This document shows positions 47,574-55,444 of a stretch of 64,000 nucleotides of DNA, piece after piece; positions within the stretch are counted from its first letter, which is position 1; each line of letters begins with the position of its first letter. A model generated the notes under the pieces. That model did no database searches and was not told the origin of the DNA. It saw only the letters and a list, made by a program, of their open reading frames with translations. The DNA is from a virus (taxonomy: Duplodnaviria; Caudoviricetes): IMG/VR virus record IMGVR_UViG_3300022173_000041, positions 1 to 64,000 of that record; one strand, written 5' to 3'. The position numbers were made by a program, and so were the translations under genes.

Positions 47574-48497
47574 TCAGAAGTCGGCGTATTCGCCTGCATC
47601 TGCAACCATATCAGCCACTTGCAAGTCCAAGTGATCTAGCTCAATTGTCTTTGCAAGTATTTTCTTGCCCATTCTGATATAGTCCTTGCGGTCAATCTCA
47701 GAATTTCGCAATTGATCGGCGGTTATCCATGACAGTCTGGCAATTTGGTTAGCCATCTCATTGATCTCTTTATTGTTGGTCACGTTCATGGCAAAGAGTA
47801 TCGTGGATATCTCACTTAGATTGATGAGAAGACTGTCACGAATGATTTTGCCGTCTGCCTTGGTTTTGAAAGCTTCAAGGCGTTCGACAAAGTTTTCGAC
47901 CATGCCTCTGGCACGTTGGACCGCATCATGAGCGGCGCCTTTTAGGCGCGTTTCAATCTCCAGCCTCATTGTGTCAGTGGCTCTTTTGACCGCATCTTCT
48001 GCAATGTTTGCTACGAAGTTGGAAGTTTGCGGAATAGGCCAATAGGTCAACTTGTAGGAAAACATCTCGCGAGCCCTCTTGATTGAGGGATATTCCTGAC
48101 GATCAAACAAATCGCCAAGTTCTCGCTCACTGTCTGCGACAAGCCCGGGATAGACCTGTAGATATTCTTCCCATGCTGCACGCAATTCCGCTTCAGCATC
48201 GATCATTTTCGTGCGGAACATTTCTTCCAAGTCAGTTGGCAGCAATCGTGACTTATCGTCACCCCATGGCATGGTGTACTTATACAGTACCTCACGAACA
48301 CGCTGGGACGCGGCCACAACCGCTTTGACCTTTGGCTGTTTACGGTCAATCAAGAACTTGCTGGCTTTGGCGCGATTGGTATTAAGCTTGAACTTTCTTT
48401 CCACATATCCTGTGGCTGTCTTATCGCGCCTTTCACCTAGCAAGCCGCCGTTAACAATGGTTACAGATACAAGCATTGCGGATTTGGCTAGGTCCAT
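47574..48497 (-). CDS. DUF3150-like protein
   Basis: AMLVSVTI...KFLID...YKYTMPWGDDKSRLLP...LGDLFDRQEYPS; linked to MoxR/vWA. Confidence 0.7.
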   Translation of the reverse strand: MDLAKSAMLVSVTIVNGGLLGERRDKTATGYVERKFKLNTNRAKASKFLIDRKQPKVKAVVAASQRVREVLYKYTMPWGDDKSRLLPTDLEEMFRTKMIDAEAELRAAWEEYLQVYPGLVADSERELGDLFDRQEYPSIKRAREMFSYKLTYWPIPQTSNFVANIAEDAVKRATDTMRLEIETRLKGAAHDAVQRARGMVENFVERLEAFKTKADGKIIRDSLLINLSEISTILFAMNVTNNKEINEMANQIARLSWITADQLRNSEIDRKDYIRMGKKILAKTIELDHLDLQVADMVADAGEYADF

Positions 48498-48511
48498 TTG
48501 TATTCTCCCTC

Positions 48512-48561
48512 TTGAGCGTAGGCGCTCATCACTGAGGCTTGTAAGCCTCAGGACATGAACG
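48512..48561 (-). repeat. Intergenic hairpin element, copy 4
   Basis: CGTTCAT-GTC-stem-TG-ATGAGCG..CGCTCAA. Confidence 0.7.
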
Positions 48562-48726
48562 TCATATTTGAGCAGTCATTGCGCCTGCTACGGCGGCAAA
48601 GAATACTGTGCTGTAGTATTCTCGTTGATGGGTCCATCCAAATAGGTAGTCAAAACCTAACCAGACAACCATTACAAAGCCGCCCCAGAACAAGCTTCTG
48701 CCTAGTCTTTCAAAGAACGGCGCCAT
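48562..48726 (-). CDS. Small membrane protein
   Basis: TAATG overlap; two hydrophobic segments. Confidence 0.55.
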   Translation of the reverse strand: MAPFFERLGRSLFWGGFVMVVWLGFDYLFGWTHQREYYSTVFFAAVAGAMTAQI

Positions 48727-49127
48727 TAGTGCAACGTTCGCGCTGCTACTGGGGATTTCTTTTTCCCGCATTTGCAGATTGCGTCGTGGCACTGGAGCGC
48801 GATGTCTCCAGCGTCTTCCTCATCCAGATTGCCCAGTTGGGCAGCCATGGCCATGAATGCAGGTATTGCATCATGGGGAAGCTTGAGGCTTTCCAGCAAG
48901 CGCTTTGATTTGGCGATTGCGTAATTGCCTACCTTGGTAGGAGCGTCACCGATTTCCTTGGTTTCTGCAAAGAACGGCATGATAACAAGGAAGCGATAGA
49001 AACTCTCATCAGTGGCGCCCCAGATAGGGAACAACTCTGCGAGACAACGCTTTGAAAACGTCACGCCATTAAGGCGAAACGCATGCGCTGTTTCGTGAAT
49101 ATCAACCTTGATTGCACTTGTAGTCAT
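48726..49127 (-). CDS. Hypothetical protein
   Basis: RBS AAGAGGGAG. Confidence 0.6.
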   Translation of the reverse strand: MTTSAIKVDIHETAHAFRLNGVTFSKRCLAELFPIWGATDESFYRFLVIMPFFAETKEIGDAPTKVGNYAIAKSKRLLESLKLPHDAIPAFMAMAAQLGNLDEEDAGDIALQCHDAICKCGKKKSPVAARTLH

Positions 49128-49142
49128 GATATCTCCCTCTTA

Positions 49143-49190
49143 TTGAGCAAAATGCTCACCATTACAGCCCGTAGGCTGTAAGCCGTGAAC
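49143..49190 (-). repeat. Intergenic hairpin element, copy 5
   Basis: GTTCAC-GGC-stem-TG-GTGAGC..GCTCAA. Confidence 0.7.
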
Positions 49191-49191
49191 A

Positions 49192-49629
49192 CTAGCGAAA
49201 CTTTGAGCGGCCCTTGATGAGCTTCTCAATGGTTTCTTTGGCGTAGTATGGATCAAGTAACCCATAATAACCGTTGAGCAGTGTGGCCCGCTTCAGGTAG
49301 CGAGTAGAGAATTCAACTCCGAAATAGTCAGAGTGAATTCGCTTCTCTGGATTTGTTTCTGACCATGTTGGGTCAATGATAAATCCATTTTCATCAACGA
49401 CCCAAGCATGCTGCAAAGCCACGCCATGAACGCACGCATAGCCTTCAACGTATTTGAGCTTACTATTGTCGATAGCCATTAGCGTTGCATTCATGAAGCA
49501 TAACCCCGCTTCCATGCGCTTGCCCTCATACGTCTTTGGGCCAATTTCAAATGGCCTTCCGTGTTTGAGGACAAAACGATCTATAGGGGAATGCTGTGCA
49601 GTGAACGCAAGATATTCTTTCGTGTTCAT
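49192..49629 (-). CDS. Conserved phage protein (Cys/His transglutaminase-like pattern)
   Basis: GLCFMNA...YVEGYA...QHAWVVD...IDPTW...YFGV. Confidence 0.7.
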   Translation of the reverse strand: MNTKEYLAFTAQHSPIDRFVLKHGRPFEIGPKTYEGKRMEAGLCFMNATLMAIDNSKLKYVEGYACVHGVALQHAWVVDENGFIIDPTWSETNPEKRIHSDYFGVEFSTRYLKRATLLNGYYGLLDPYYAKETIEKLIKGRSKFR

Positions 49630-49795
49630 CTATGGATTGCTCCAATCTTGATGAGTTCATTCGCGCGCCGTCCATACATACCCTGTAGAGACCACGCTAG
49701 GCCGGTATCGACAAGCTTCTGGAAGAACGTTTCTTCACGTTCCTCGTGTCCATCTCGCCGTTTTCCCAAGCCATGATATCGTCAATGTCAGGCAT
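49626..49795 (-). pseudogene. Frameshifted small conserved phage protein
   Basis: 170 nt span; [16 protein letters not shown] then, one base out of frame, [40 protein letters not shown]. Confidence 0.7.
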
Positions 49796-49994
49796 CGGCC
49801 TTCTCCTCAGGAACGCCACTTGCTTCAAGGAAGCGAGCGCGATCAAAGTTGGAGTTGGTCAATTCCAGTGCATCAGCGAATGCGCGTGCAACAACTGGGG
49901 TTAAGCCTTCCATATCTTCATATGTAGAAAGCTTCGCTAGGACATCCGCGATTATTTCGAAATGCCCGCGCTGCATATTTACACTTCTTGCCAT
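49788..49994 (-). CDS. Conserved phage small protein
   Basis: HFEIIADVL...NSNFDRARFLEASG. Confidence 0.7.
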   Translation of the reverse strand: MARSVNMQRGHFEIIADVLAKLSTYEDMEGLTPVVARAFADALELTNSNFDRARFLEASGVPEEKADA

Positions 49995-50012
49995 AATGGT
50001 TTTCCCTCTCAT

Positions 50013-50067
50013 TGAAGCATAAGCGCTTCGTGCTGGCGCCGGGATTATTCGGCGCCAGTGTCGAAAT
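50013..50067 (-). repeat. Intergenic hairpin element, copy 6
   Basis: TTTCG-ACA-stem-CA-CGAAGC..GCTTCA. Confidence 0.7.
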
Positions 50068-50069
50068 GC

Positions 50070-50240
50070 TTACTTGTGATTTGGTTCCCAAAGCCAAATC
50101 AGGTTTGTTAGAGCATTCAAAATTCCAGCCTCAATCATAAGACTGGGATTATGAATGCTGATAATCGTGGTCGATGTTATTCCAATCGTAACGAGCAACT
50201 GGAATGCACGATGCTTGCGAACAACCATGAGAAAGCGCAT
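50070..50240 (-). CDS. Small membrane protein (56 aa, not in ORF track)
   Basis: MRFLMVVRKHRAFQLLVTIGI...LIWLWEPNHK. Confidence 0.5.
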   Translation of the reverse strand: MRFLMVVRKHRAFQLLVTIGITSTTIISIHNPSLMIEAGILNALTNLIWLWEPNHK

Positions 50241-50450
50241 TCATGCCTCCCCACCATCGCCTAGCACGACCATTGCAATACCCATGATGAGCAGAATTCC
50301 GCCCATACCAGAGTAAAAGCCGTGGCCCTCGTAAAACACCCCGCCGAAATAGGCGAGATGAGCATAGCTGTGGCCTTCATGAAGCCACTTATGGGCATGG
50401 TGCCGATAGGCCCTGATCCTTGCCCGGGCGCGATCAATGAGCATGCTCAT
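50241..50450 (-). CDS. His-rich small membrane protein
   Basis: HHAHKWLHEGHSYAHL plus a TM segment. Confidence 0.55.
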   Translation of the reverse strand: MSMLIDRARARIRAYRHHAHKWLHEGHSYAHLAYFGGVFYEGHGFYSGMGGILLIMGIAMVVLGDGGEA

Positions 50451-50536
50451 TTGATAGCCTCCAGAACAAACATCAGGACAATGAAAGCGAACCATGCGGG
50501 CGCAAGACGCCAGCTCAAGTCCATCAAATCATCCAT
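50447..50536 (-). CDS. 29-aa membrane micropeptide (not in ORF track)
   Basis: RBS AAGAGGGAAA; MDDLMDLSWRLAPAWFAFIVLMFVLEAIK; ATGA overlap. Confidence 0.5.
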   Translation of the reverse strand: MDDLMDLSWRLAPAWFAFIVLMFVLEAIK

Positions 50537-50696
50537 GACAAGTTTCCCTCTTGTGGAGCACTAGCGCTCCTTGATGCAATCCAGAATGTTACAAGTCCTC
50601 GCCTGCCATTTCGTTGGCCATACTGAGAAACTAGAAAAATCAGCATGTTGACTATGCACATTGCGTCTAGTTGACACTGGATTGCACTTAGGAAAG

Positions 50697-50918
50697 CTAT
50701 GCGGCGCGACCGTTCGCTAAAACGGTGCGGCGCGTGGTATCGCCTTCCAAAGCTTCGATTTCCGCTGCAAACTTTTCAGCCTGCAATTCAGCCTCTGATA
50801 CAGGCCGGTATCCATTGGGCGCACCATTGACAATGTTGCGTCGGGATACACGCGCGCCGTGTTCTGCCTGTTGAGCATTCACAACGTCACGATATGAAGC
50901 ATTGGTATTGACGGTCAT
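50697..50918 (-). CDS. Hypothetical protein
   Basis: RBS AGAGGGAAAA. Confidence 0.6.
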   Translation of the reverse strand: MTVNTNASYRDVVNAQQAEHGARVSRRNIVNGAPNGYRPVSEAELQAEKFAAEIEALEGDTTRRTVLANGRAA

Positions 50919-50934
50919 AACGGTTTTCCCTCTA

Positions 50935-50984
50935 TGAAGCTTAATTGCTTCATGCTGGGGCTTATTAGGCCCCAGTGTTGAAAC
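50935..50984 (-). repeat. Intergenic hairpin element, copy 7
   Basis: GTTTCA-ACA-stem-CA-TGAAGC..GCTTCA. Confidence 0.7.
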
Positions 50985-50986
50985 AA

Positions 50987-51256
50987 TCAGATTGCAGCGC
51001 TAGTCCCTGTGACTTCAGGGGCATTAGCTTTTGCAAGCTTTCTGACCTTTGCGCGTGCGGTGTTGAGCATGCTGAAAATCCGTCGTTTGGTCTCAGCATG
51101 TCCAACTGCATTTGCGTGCGGTAGCGCCAATTCGAGCGCTAGCTTTGACGCGCGCCAATCTTCATTGGCTGCCAGACGATCAGCCGTAGAAAGATGAATT
51201 TGCATCGTCATGCGGTGACTGTCTCGCATTGCGTCAGTGAGCAGTGGCTTGGACAT
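50987..51256 (-). CDS. Hypothetical helical protein
   Basis: RBS AGAGAGGGAAA. Confidence 0.6.
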   Translation of the reverse strand: MSKPLLTDAMRDSHRMTMQIHLSTADRLAANEDWRASKLALELALPHANAVGHAETKRRIFSMLNTARAKVRKLAKANAPEVTGTSAAI

Positions 51257-51273
51257 GATATTTCCCTCTCTAG

Positions 51274-51322
51274 TGAAGCGTAAATGCTTCGTGCAGCGCT
51301 ATTGCTAGCGCTGTGTCGAAAC
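51274..51322 (-). repeat. Intergenic hairpin element, copy 8
   Basis: GTTTCG-ACA-stem-CA-CGAAGC..GCTTCA. Confidence 0.7.
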
Positions 51323-51324
51323 AT

Positions 51325-51516
51325 TCAGGAATGAGTGTAACCGTCCAGCTCAATTCCAAGCCACATGCCTGCCCATTTAATCATGGCGTAGTCGCGCCCG
51401 ATTTGAACAGACTTGCGGAATTCGCGGTATGAAATGCGCTTATCGTTTTCGATGATAGGCGCACGGTCAAACACTCGTTTGAGCGCTTGTTGCTGGGGTT
51501 TGTTGAGGGTTGCCAT
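51325..51516 (-). CDS. Conserved phage small protein
   Basis: Ends WAGMWLGIELDGYTHS. Confidence 0.7.
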   Translation of the reverse strand: MATLNKPQQQALKRVFDRAPIIENDKRISYREFRKSVQIGRDYAMIKWAGMWLGIELDGYTHS

Positions 51517-51611
51517 TAGTGCAACGCCATAACCAGAGCAACGAGAGCGCCCAGATAGAGCGCCAGCGCAAACCAGTGCGTGCGTTCGGTGGGTATCTCT
51601 GAGATTTTCAT
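51516..51611 (-). CDS. 31-aa membrane micropeptide
   Basis: MKISEIPTERTHWFALALYLGALVALVMALH; RBS AGAGGGG. Confidence 0.5.
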   Translation of the reverse strand: MKISEIPTERTHWFALALYLGALVALVMALH

Positions 51612-51624
51612 GGTTTTCCCCTCT

Positions 51625-51677
51625 TGAAGCGTAAATGCTTCGTTCTGGCGCCCATAATTGAGCGCCAGCGTCGAAAC
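51625..51677 (-). repeat. Intergenic hairpin element, copy 9
   Basis: GTTTCG-ACG-stem-AA-CGAAGC..GCTTCA. Confidence 0.7.
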
Positions 51678-51678
51678 A

Positions 51679-51786
51679 TTAGCTTGGGAGATTGTTACCA
51701 ATGCGCGGATTAGTTGGCTGATTGAGCCAATAAAGCACGCGATTAGTCGCCTTAATGCGGCGTTTGGTTTGTTCCTTGCGCGTCAT
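51679..51786 (-). CDS. 35-aa basic peptide (not in ORF track)
   Basis: MTRKEQTKRRIKATNRVLYWLNQPTNPRIGNNLPS. Confidence 0.4.
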   Translation of the reverse strand: MTRKEQTKRRIKATNRVLYWLNQPTNPRIGNNLPS

Positions 51787-51790
51787 GGTA

Positions 51791-51976
51791 TCAAACCGCG
51801 TAGTCTGACGCGGTAAGCTGCCATGCATTCCGCAAGGCGTTGGGCTGACGGTATACCGTCACGCTACCGTGACGGTGCAACACTTCCTTAGCGCCGTATG
51901 TCCTGACGGGATTGTGAAACGTCCTGCCATGATCAGAAGCGCTAGAAAGGTTCGCTAAGCCGTTGTCCGTTGTCAT
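51791..51976 (-). CDS. Hypothetical protein
   Basis: RBS AAGAGGGAAA. Confidence 0.55.
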   Translation of the reverse strand: MTTDNGLANLSSASDHGRTFHNPVRTYGAKEVLHRHGSVTVYRQPNALRNAWQLTASDYAV

Positions 51977-52059
51977 GATAAGTTTCCCTCTTATCGGCAA
52001 AATTGCCTAATAGCTTGCCCTGCTAGCCCCTTGTGAGGGCTAATCAGAGCAAGCCAATT

Positions 52060-53460
52060 GGTAGTTTAGAAGAGGAAAAGGAAATGAGGGGCCGCTAAGC
52101 CCCTCCCATGTTATGCCAAGTGCAATGCTTGATAATCATCCTAGACTATCAACGAAGCGATGGTTTGCCCCGCCCGGCTTACAAGCTATTGTCTGGTTAG
52201 CGTCACGCCTTAAGCGCTAAGCCTGCCATATCGTCGCCTTGCGGCTGATAATCAGGAGAAGGTCGCGCCCGCCATGGTTACTTTCGGACCGCTACACTGG
52301 GACGCTATGCCCATATCGCGAAAGGCTTGATGCCTGTCCTATCCTAGCCACGGTCCAGAGTTGGCACGTTGCTTGCGAAATTATGGTAAGTCTCAAACGG
52401 TTATCTGTCCCATTTGTCCGGTCCTCCGGATATCAGTAGCCACTCGCTATGGCCCCGATTTGCCAGCGCCTTGTCAGGCTGGCGGCGTATTCTCAGAAGC
52501 GTCTATCTCAGTACCTCAGTTCGTTTCAGTCCTCAGAACATAAGGCTTGGTACCAATCCAGTTAGTGGGTCTAACGCATGGCTGATATGCATTCCCGCAT
52601 ACCTCCATTGCCAAGCCTCTATCCATGCCAAATGAAAAACCGCAACGTTCCCCAATGGATAGACGCGCTCCACAAGCCCCTAGGAAGCCCATAGAGAGGG
52701 ATAAACAAGACAGACTGACCTAGATCGCCCTAAAGAAATATCGCCCTCACAGCCTTACGCCCGCCATATGCACGATACCGGGCAGATGGACCATAATCCT
52801 AGCGATAGGAATACAAGGCAGAAAGGCTAGGAAAACCGCCTCTCGTCGCACGTTCCCCTGATACCCACATGCGAACCATTCGCATGTGGAACAGCCCCTA
52901 GAACGCGATACGACGCGCGCCCATGAGCGATCATGTCGGCGCTACCTAGCATCGCCCGAAATGCCCAACTCACCCATGGCCACGCCACGCAATGTTGCAC
53001 CGCAACACCTATGCACCTAGCGCATAGCTCTGCCTAGATTGTGCCACAGTTCCAATGCGTTAGACGCATAGCTCTGGTATGCATAAACCGCATGGCTACC
53101 TGCGAACCACTCGCAACAAGGACCATGCCAAGCCCCCCTCCCCCCATGCATAGCTGGTATGCGTATATGCATGGCTCATCCACATGCGAACCATTCGCAT
53201 CAAGCATCGTGCCACTAGCTATGCACTGCACGCACTGCACCTATGCGCTCCACGCATGGCTAGGTGCTAATGAGAATCATTCGCAAGAAGGGACCCGACC
53301 GGGTGGGGGGCCGCTATCGGAGAGGCCGGGCCGGGGCTGAGCCTTCTCTGCCCTCTCTCCTTTATGAGAAATTTTAGATCAACCCCCATTGTATTGTAAC
53401 GCCATGTAACACATCTTGTAACGCAACGTAACGCAAACTGTAACGCGGTGTAACAGGGGT
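52060..53460. other. Long non-coding divergent control / candidate genome-terminus region
   Basis: No credible CDS; gene strands diverge from here; repeated TGCGAACCATTCGCA hairpins; GC-rich tract at 53290-53345. Confidence 0.6.
53395..53454. repeat. Six helically phased TGTAAC repeats
   Basis: Copies at 53395, 53405, 53417, 53427 (CGTAAC), 53439 and 53449; spacing 10/12/10/12/10. Confidence 0.75.
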
Positions 53461-53469
53461 TTAGAGGTA

Positions 53470-53709
53470 ATGGATTACGAGAAGGAAGTGGAGCTTATAG
53501 CTCAGCTACGAAGGGATATGCCTCGTAATGGGGTGGTGATGTCGTTGTGTGATTTTGCGGAAAAATGTTTGGGGTCGAAACCCAAGATGTCTGAGGTTGA
53601 GCGGCGCCAGAAGAATGCTGAGCGGGTGAAGCGGTGGCGACGGAGTAAGGGTCTTGTCGGGGGAGAGGTTATTGAGATTTCTACAAATCCGTTTGAGGGG
53701 GACACGTAA
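53470..53709 (+). CDS. Hypothetical protein with basic helix
   Basis: RBS AGAGG; ERRQKNAERVKRWRR. Confidence 0.6.
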   Translation: MDYEKEVELIAQLRRDMPRNGVVMSLCDFAEKCLGSKPKMSEVERRQKNAERVKRWRRSKGLVGGEVIEISTNPFEGDT

Positions 53710-53975
53710 TGTCTTTGGCTTCACCGCCTGAGATTTGGGGTCAGGTTCATGGGCGGTTTCAGGAGATTTATGCTGCTGACAATGTTGCTGGGAACCGTAT
53801 TGCGGAATTGTTTAGGGCTGCTGTGCTGGCTGACAAGAAGAACGAGCGTTACCATCATGAGATTATGTTGGAGGCGATAGAGGCTGTGTGCCCGATCCGG
53901 GATGGGTTGGCTGATGCAGCTGACGAGTACGAGGAGTATTTGCGGGATGCAGAGGTAATGGAGGGGTTGGACTGA
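53709..53975 (+). CDS. Tagged paralog family member
   Basis: Ends DEYEEYLRDAEVMEGLD. Confidence 0.7.
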   Translation: MSLASPPEIWGQVHGRFQEIYAADNVAGNRIAELFRAAVLADKKNERYHHEIMLEAIEAVCPIRDGLADAADEYEEYLRDAEVMEGLD

Positions 53976-54241
53976 TGCCAGTGTTATCACCACCGGGGGA
54001 CTGGAGGAGGGCATACAACCGTTTTATGGAGCTGCCTGATGATGTCCGTGAAGAGGTCTCGGCTTGTTATCGCGAGTTAACGGATACTCCAGCGAACCTT
54101 CAGAGGATGAACCATGAGCTGATGCTGGAGGCTCTGAGCCTTGTTATTATTCCGCCCGAAAATATCAGTGGGCTGGATGCTGCGGCGATTGAGTACGATG
54201 CAGCGATGCTGGAGCTTGAGGTAATGGAGGGGTTGGGCTGA
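53975..54241 (+). CDS. Tagged paralog family member
   Basis: Ends IEYDAAMLELEVMEGLG. Confidence 0.7.
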   Translation: MPVLSPPGDWRRAYNRFMELPDDVREEVSACYRELTDTPANLQRMNHELMLEALSLVIIPPENISGLDAAAIEYDAAMLELEVMEGLG

Positions 54242-54525
54242 TGATTAGTGACGATCTAGCCGATATCCGGAAGCGGATACTCAACAGCAACGAATATATA
54301 AAAATTGTTAGGAAGTTGGTTGAGGACGCGGATAAAGCGAACAGCCTTCATGGGGGAATTACCGCGTCTGAGGTTAACGACATTATGGAAAAGGCGCTGA
54401 CCGGGTTTATGGCAGCCGCTTTTAACAGATCGTCTGCGGAGGAGAGGGCTGTGGAATACGACGAGGCGATGCGAGCGCAGGATATTATAGAGGGATTAGG
54501 CAATGCCGAGAACATCAAGTCCTAG
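54241..54525 (+). CDS. Tagged small protein
   Basis: Ends VEYDEAMRAQDIIEGLGNAENIKS. Confidence 0.7.
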   Translation: MISDDLADIRKRILNSNEYIKIVRKLVEDADKANSLHGGITASEVNDIMEKALTGFMAAAFNRSSAEERAVEYDEAMRAQDIIEGLGNAENIKS

Positions 54526-54769
54526 TGACTGGGAGCCGCCGTTTCAGGCAGCGATGGCTATCCGGAGGGATGATTTCAATACGTGGGTTAAGATCAGGGA
54601 CGCCTACGCAGCTAAGTGCCGGTTGGATGTAAACAACGAAAAATACCATCACGAGCTGATGTGGGAGACATTGAACGAATATTCGGCTGGGGTTCCGACC
54701 GGGTTTGAAGTAGCCGCGCTGGAATATGACGAAGCCATGCGCGCTGAGAAGATCATGGATGGGTTGTGA
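54503..54769 (+). CDS. Tagged paralog family member
   Basis: Ends LEYDEAMRAEKIMDGL. Confidence 0.7.
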   Translation: MPRTSSPSDWEPPFQAAMAIRRDDFNTWVKIRDAYAAKCRLDVNNEKYHHELMWETLNEYSAGVPTGFEVAALEYDEAMRAEKIMDGL

Positions 54770-54984
54770 TGACGGAGACATGGAACTGCGATGGATGCGG
54801 TACCCATCGCAAGAGATTGGGGAGCGGGGATTATTGCCGGGATTGCGTGAAGAGGTTCAGCGCTGCCAGACGATACAATCGGCGCCAAGAGCAGTTTGAG
54901 ACTGAGCTTCTTACAAAGCAGATTGATACGAGGGATTACGAGGACGCGATGCGAGCCGAAGAAATCATGGAGGGGCTGAAATGA
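54766..54984 (+). CDS. Zinc-ribbon protein with C-terminal tag
   Basis: CDGC...CRDC; ends RDYEDAMRAEEIMEGLK. Confidence 0.7.
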   Translation: MMTETWNCDGCGTHRKRLGSGDYCRDCVKRFSAARRYNRRQEQFETELLTKQIDTRDYEDAMRAEEIMEGLK

Positions 54985-55103
54985 AATTAGATGTGGTTGG
55001 CGTCTTGATGGTCTTAACCGCGCTACTCGCCAGCGCCTACATAATTACCTTGGCAGATAGATCGTATTCAGAACGACGCATGGAGATAAGTAAATGCCGT
55101 TAG
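54981..55103 (+). CDS. 40-aa membrane micropeptide (not in ORF track)
   Basis: ATGA overlap; MKLDVVGVLMVLTALLASAYIITLADRS... Confidence 0.5.
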   Translation: MKLDVVGVLMVLTALLASAYIITLADRSYSERRMEISKCR

Positions 55104-55159
55104 TGGCGTCGGCGGGAACAAAGCCAAATAATAAACACAATTAAGGGGGAGTGTGCGTG

Positions 55160-55444
55160 ATGAATGGAATGTCTGATCGCTGGTTTACCCTGTGCAAACA
55201 GTACAAGAACTATTCGGTCGAAATCAGGAACCGAATAGACGATATCTATGAACCGGAACGCGAGGAAATTCACAAACTCTATGAGACCGGCGGAAGAAGC
55301 GCGAGGTTCGATCTGTACTCAAATGCTTTGGAGAAAGCCATCTGGTCAGTAACCGGTACTGGACCTGAAGCCGTATTCGGTACTTCTCATGAAGAATACG
55401 AAGAAGCAATGCGAGCTGAAGAACTCATGGAGGGCTTGAAGTGA
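55160..55444 (+). CDS. Tagged paralog family member
   Basis: Ends EEYEEAMRAEELMEGLK. Confidence 0.7.
   Translation: MNGMSDRWFTLCKQYKNYSVEIRNRIDDIYEPEREEIHKLYETGGRSARFDLYSNALEKAIWSVTGTGPEAVFGTSHEEYEEAMRAEELMEGLK

Noticed and set aside
48512-48561. Hammerhead ribozyme reading of the intergenic elements (TGATGAG on the minus strand here; CGAAAC on the plus strand in other copies)
   Set aside because: No copy has both CUGANGA and GAAA on the same strand around a stem II, so the catalytic core is incomplete.
44476-52060. CRISPR array or integron attC interpretation of the repeated elements
   Set aside because: Copies are separated by whole genes and vary in sequence; there are no cas or intI genes and no consistent RYYYAAC/GTTRRRY boxes.
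52239-53340. ORF-track entries in the 52-53 kb region
   Set aside because: They lack RBSs, show no recognisable motifs and overlap on both strands within repeat-rich DNA; treated as non-coding.
53930-55444. Explaining the C-terminal tag purely as a Shine-Dalgarno by-product (ATGGAGGG = M-E-G)
   Set aside because: This accounts for at most three residues; the EY..AM.A portion, ORF 59293 and subtype 2 lack that sequence. It is kept only as a partial caveat.
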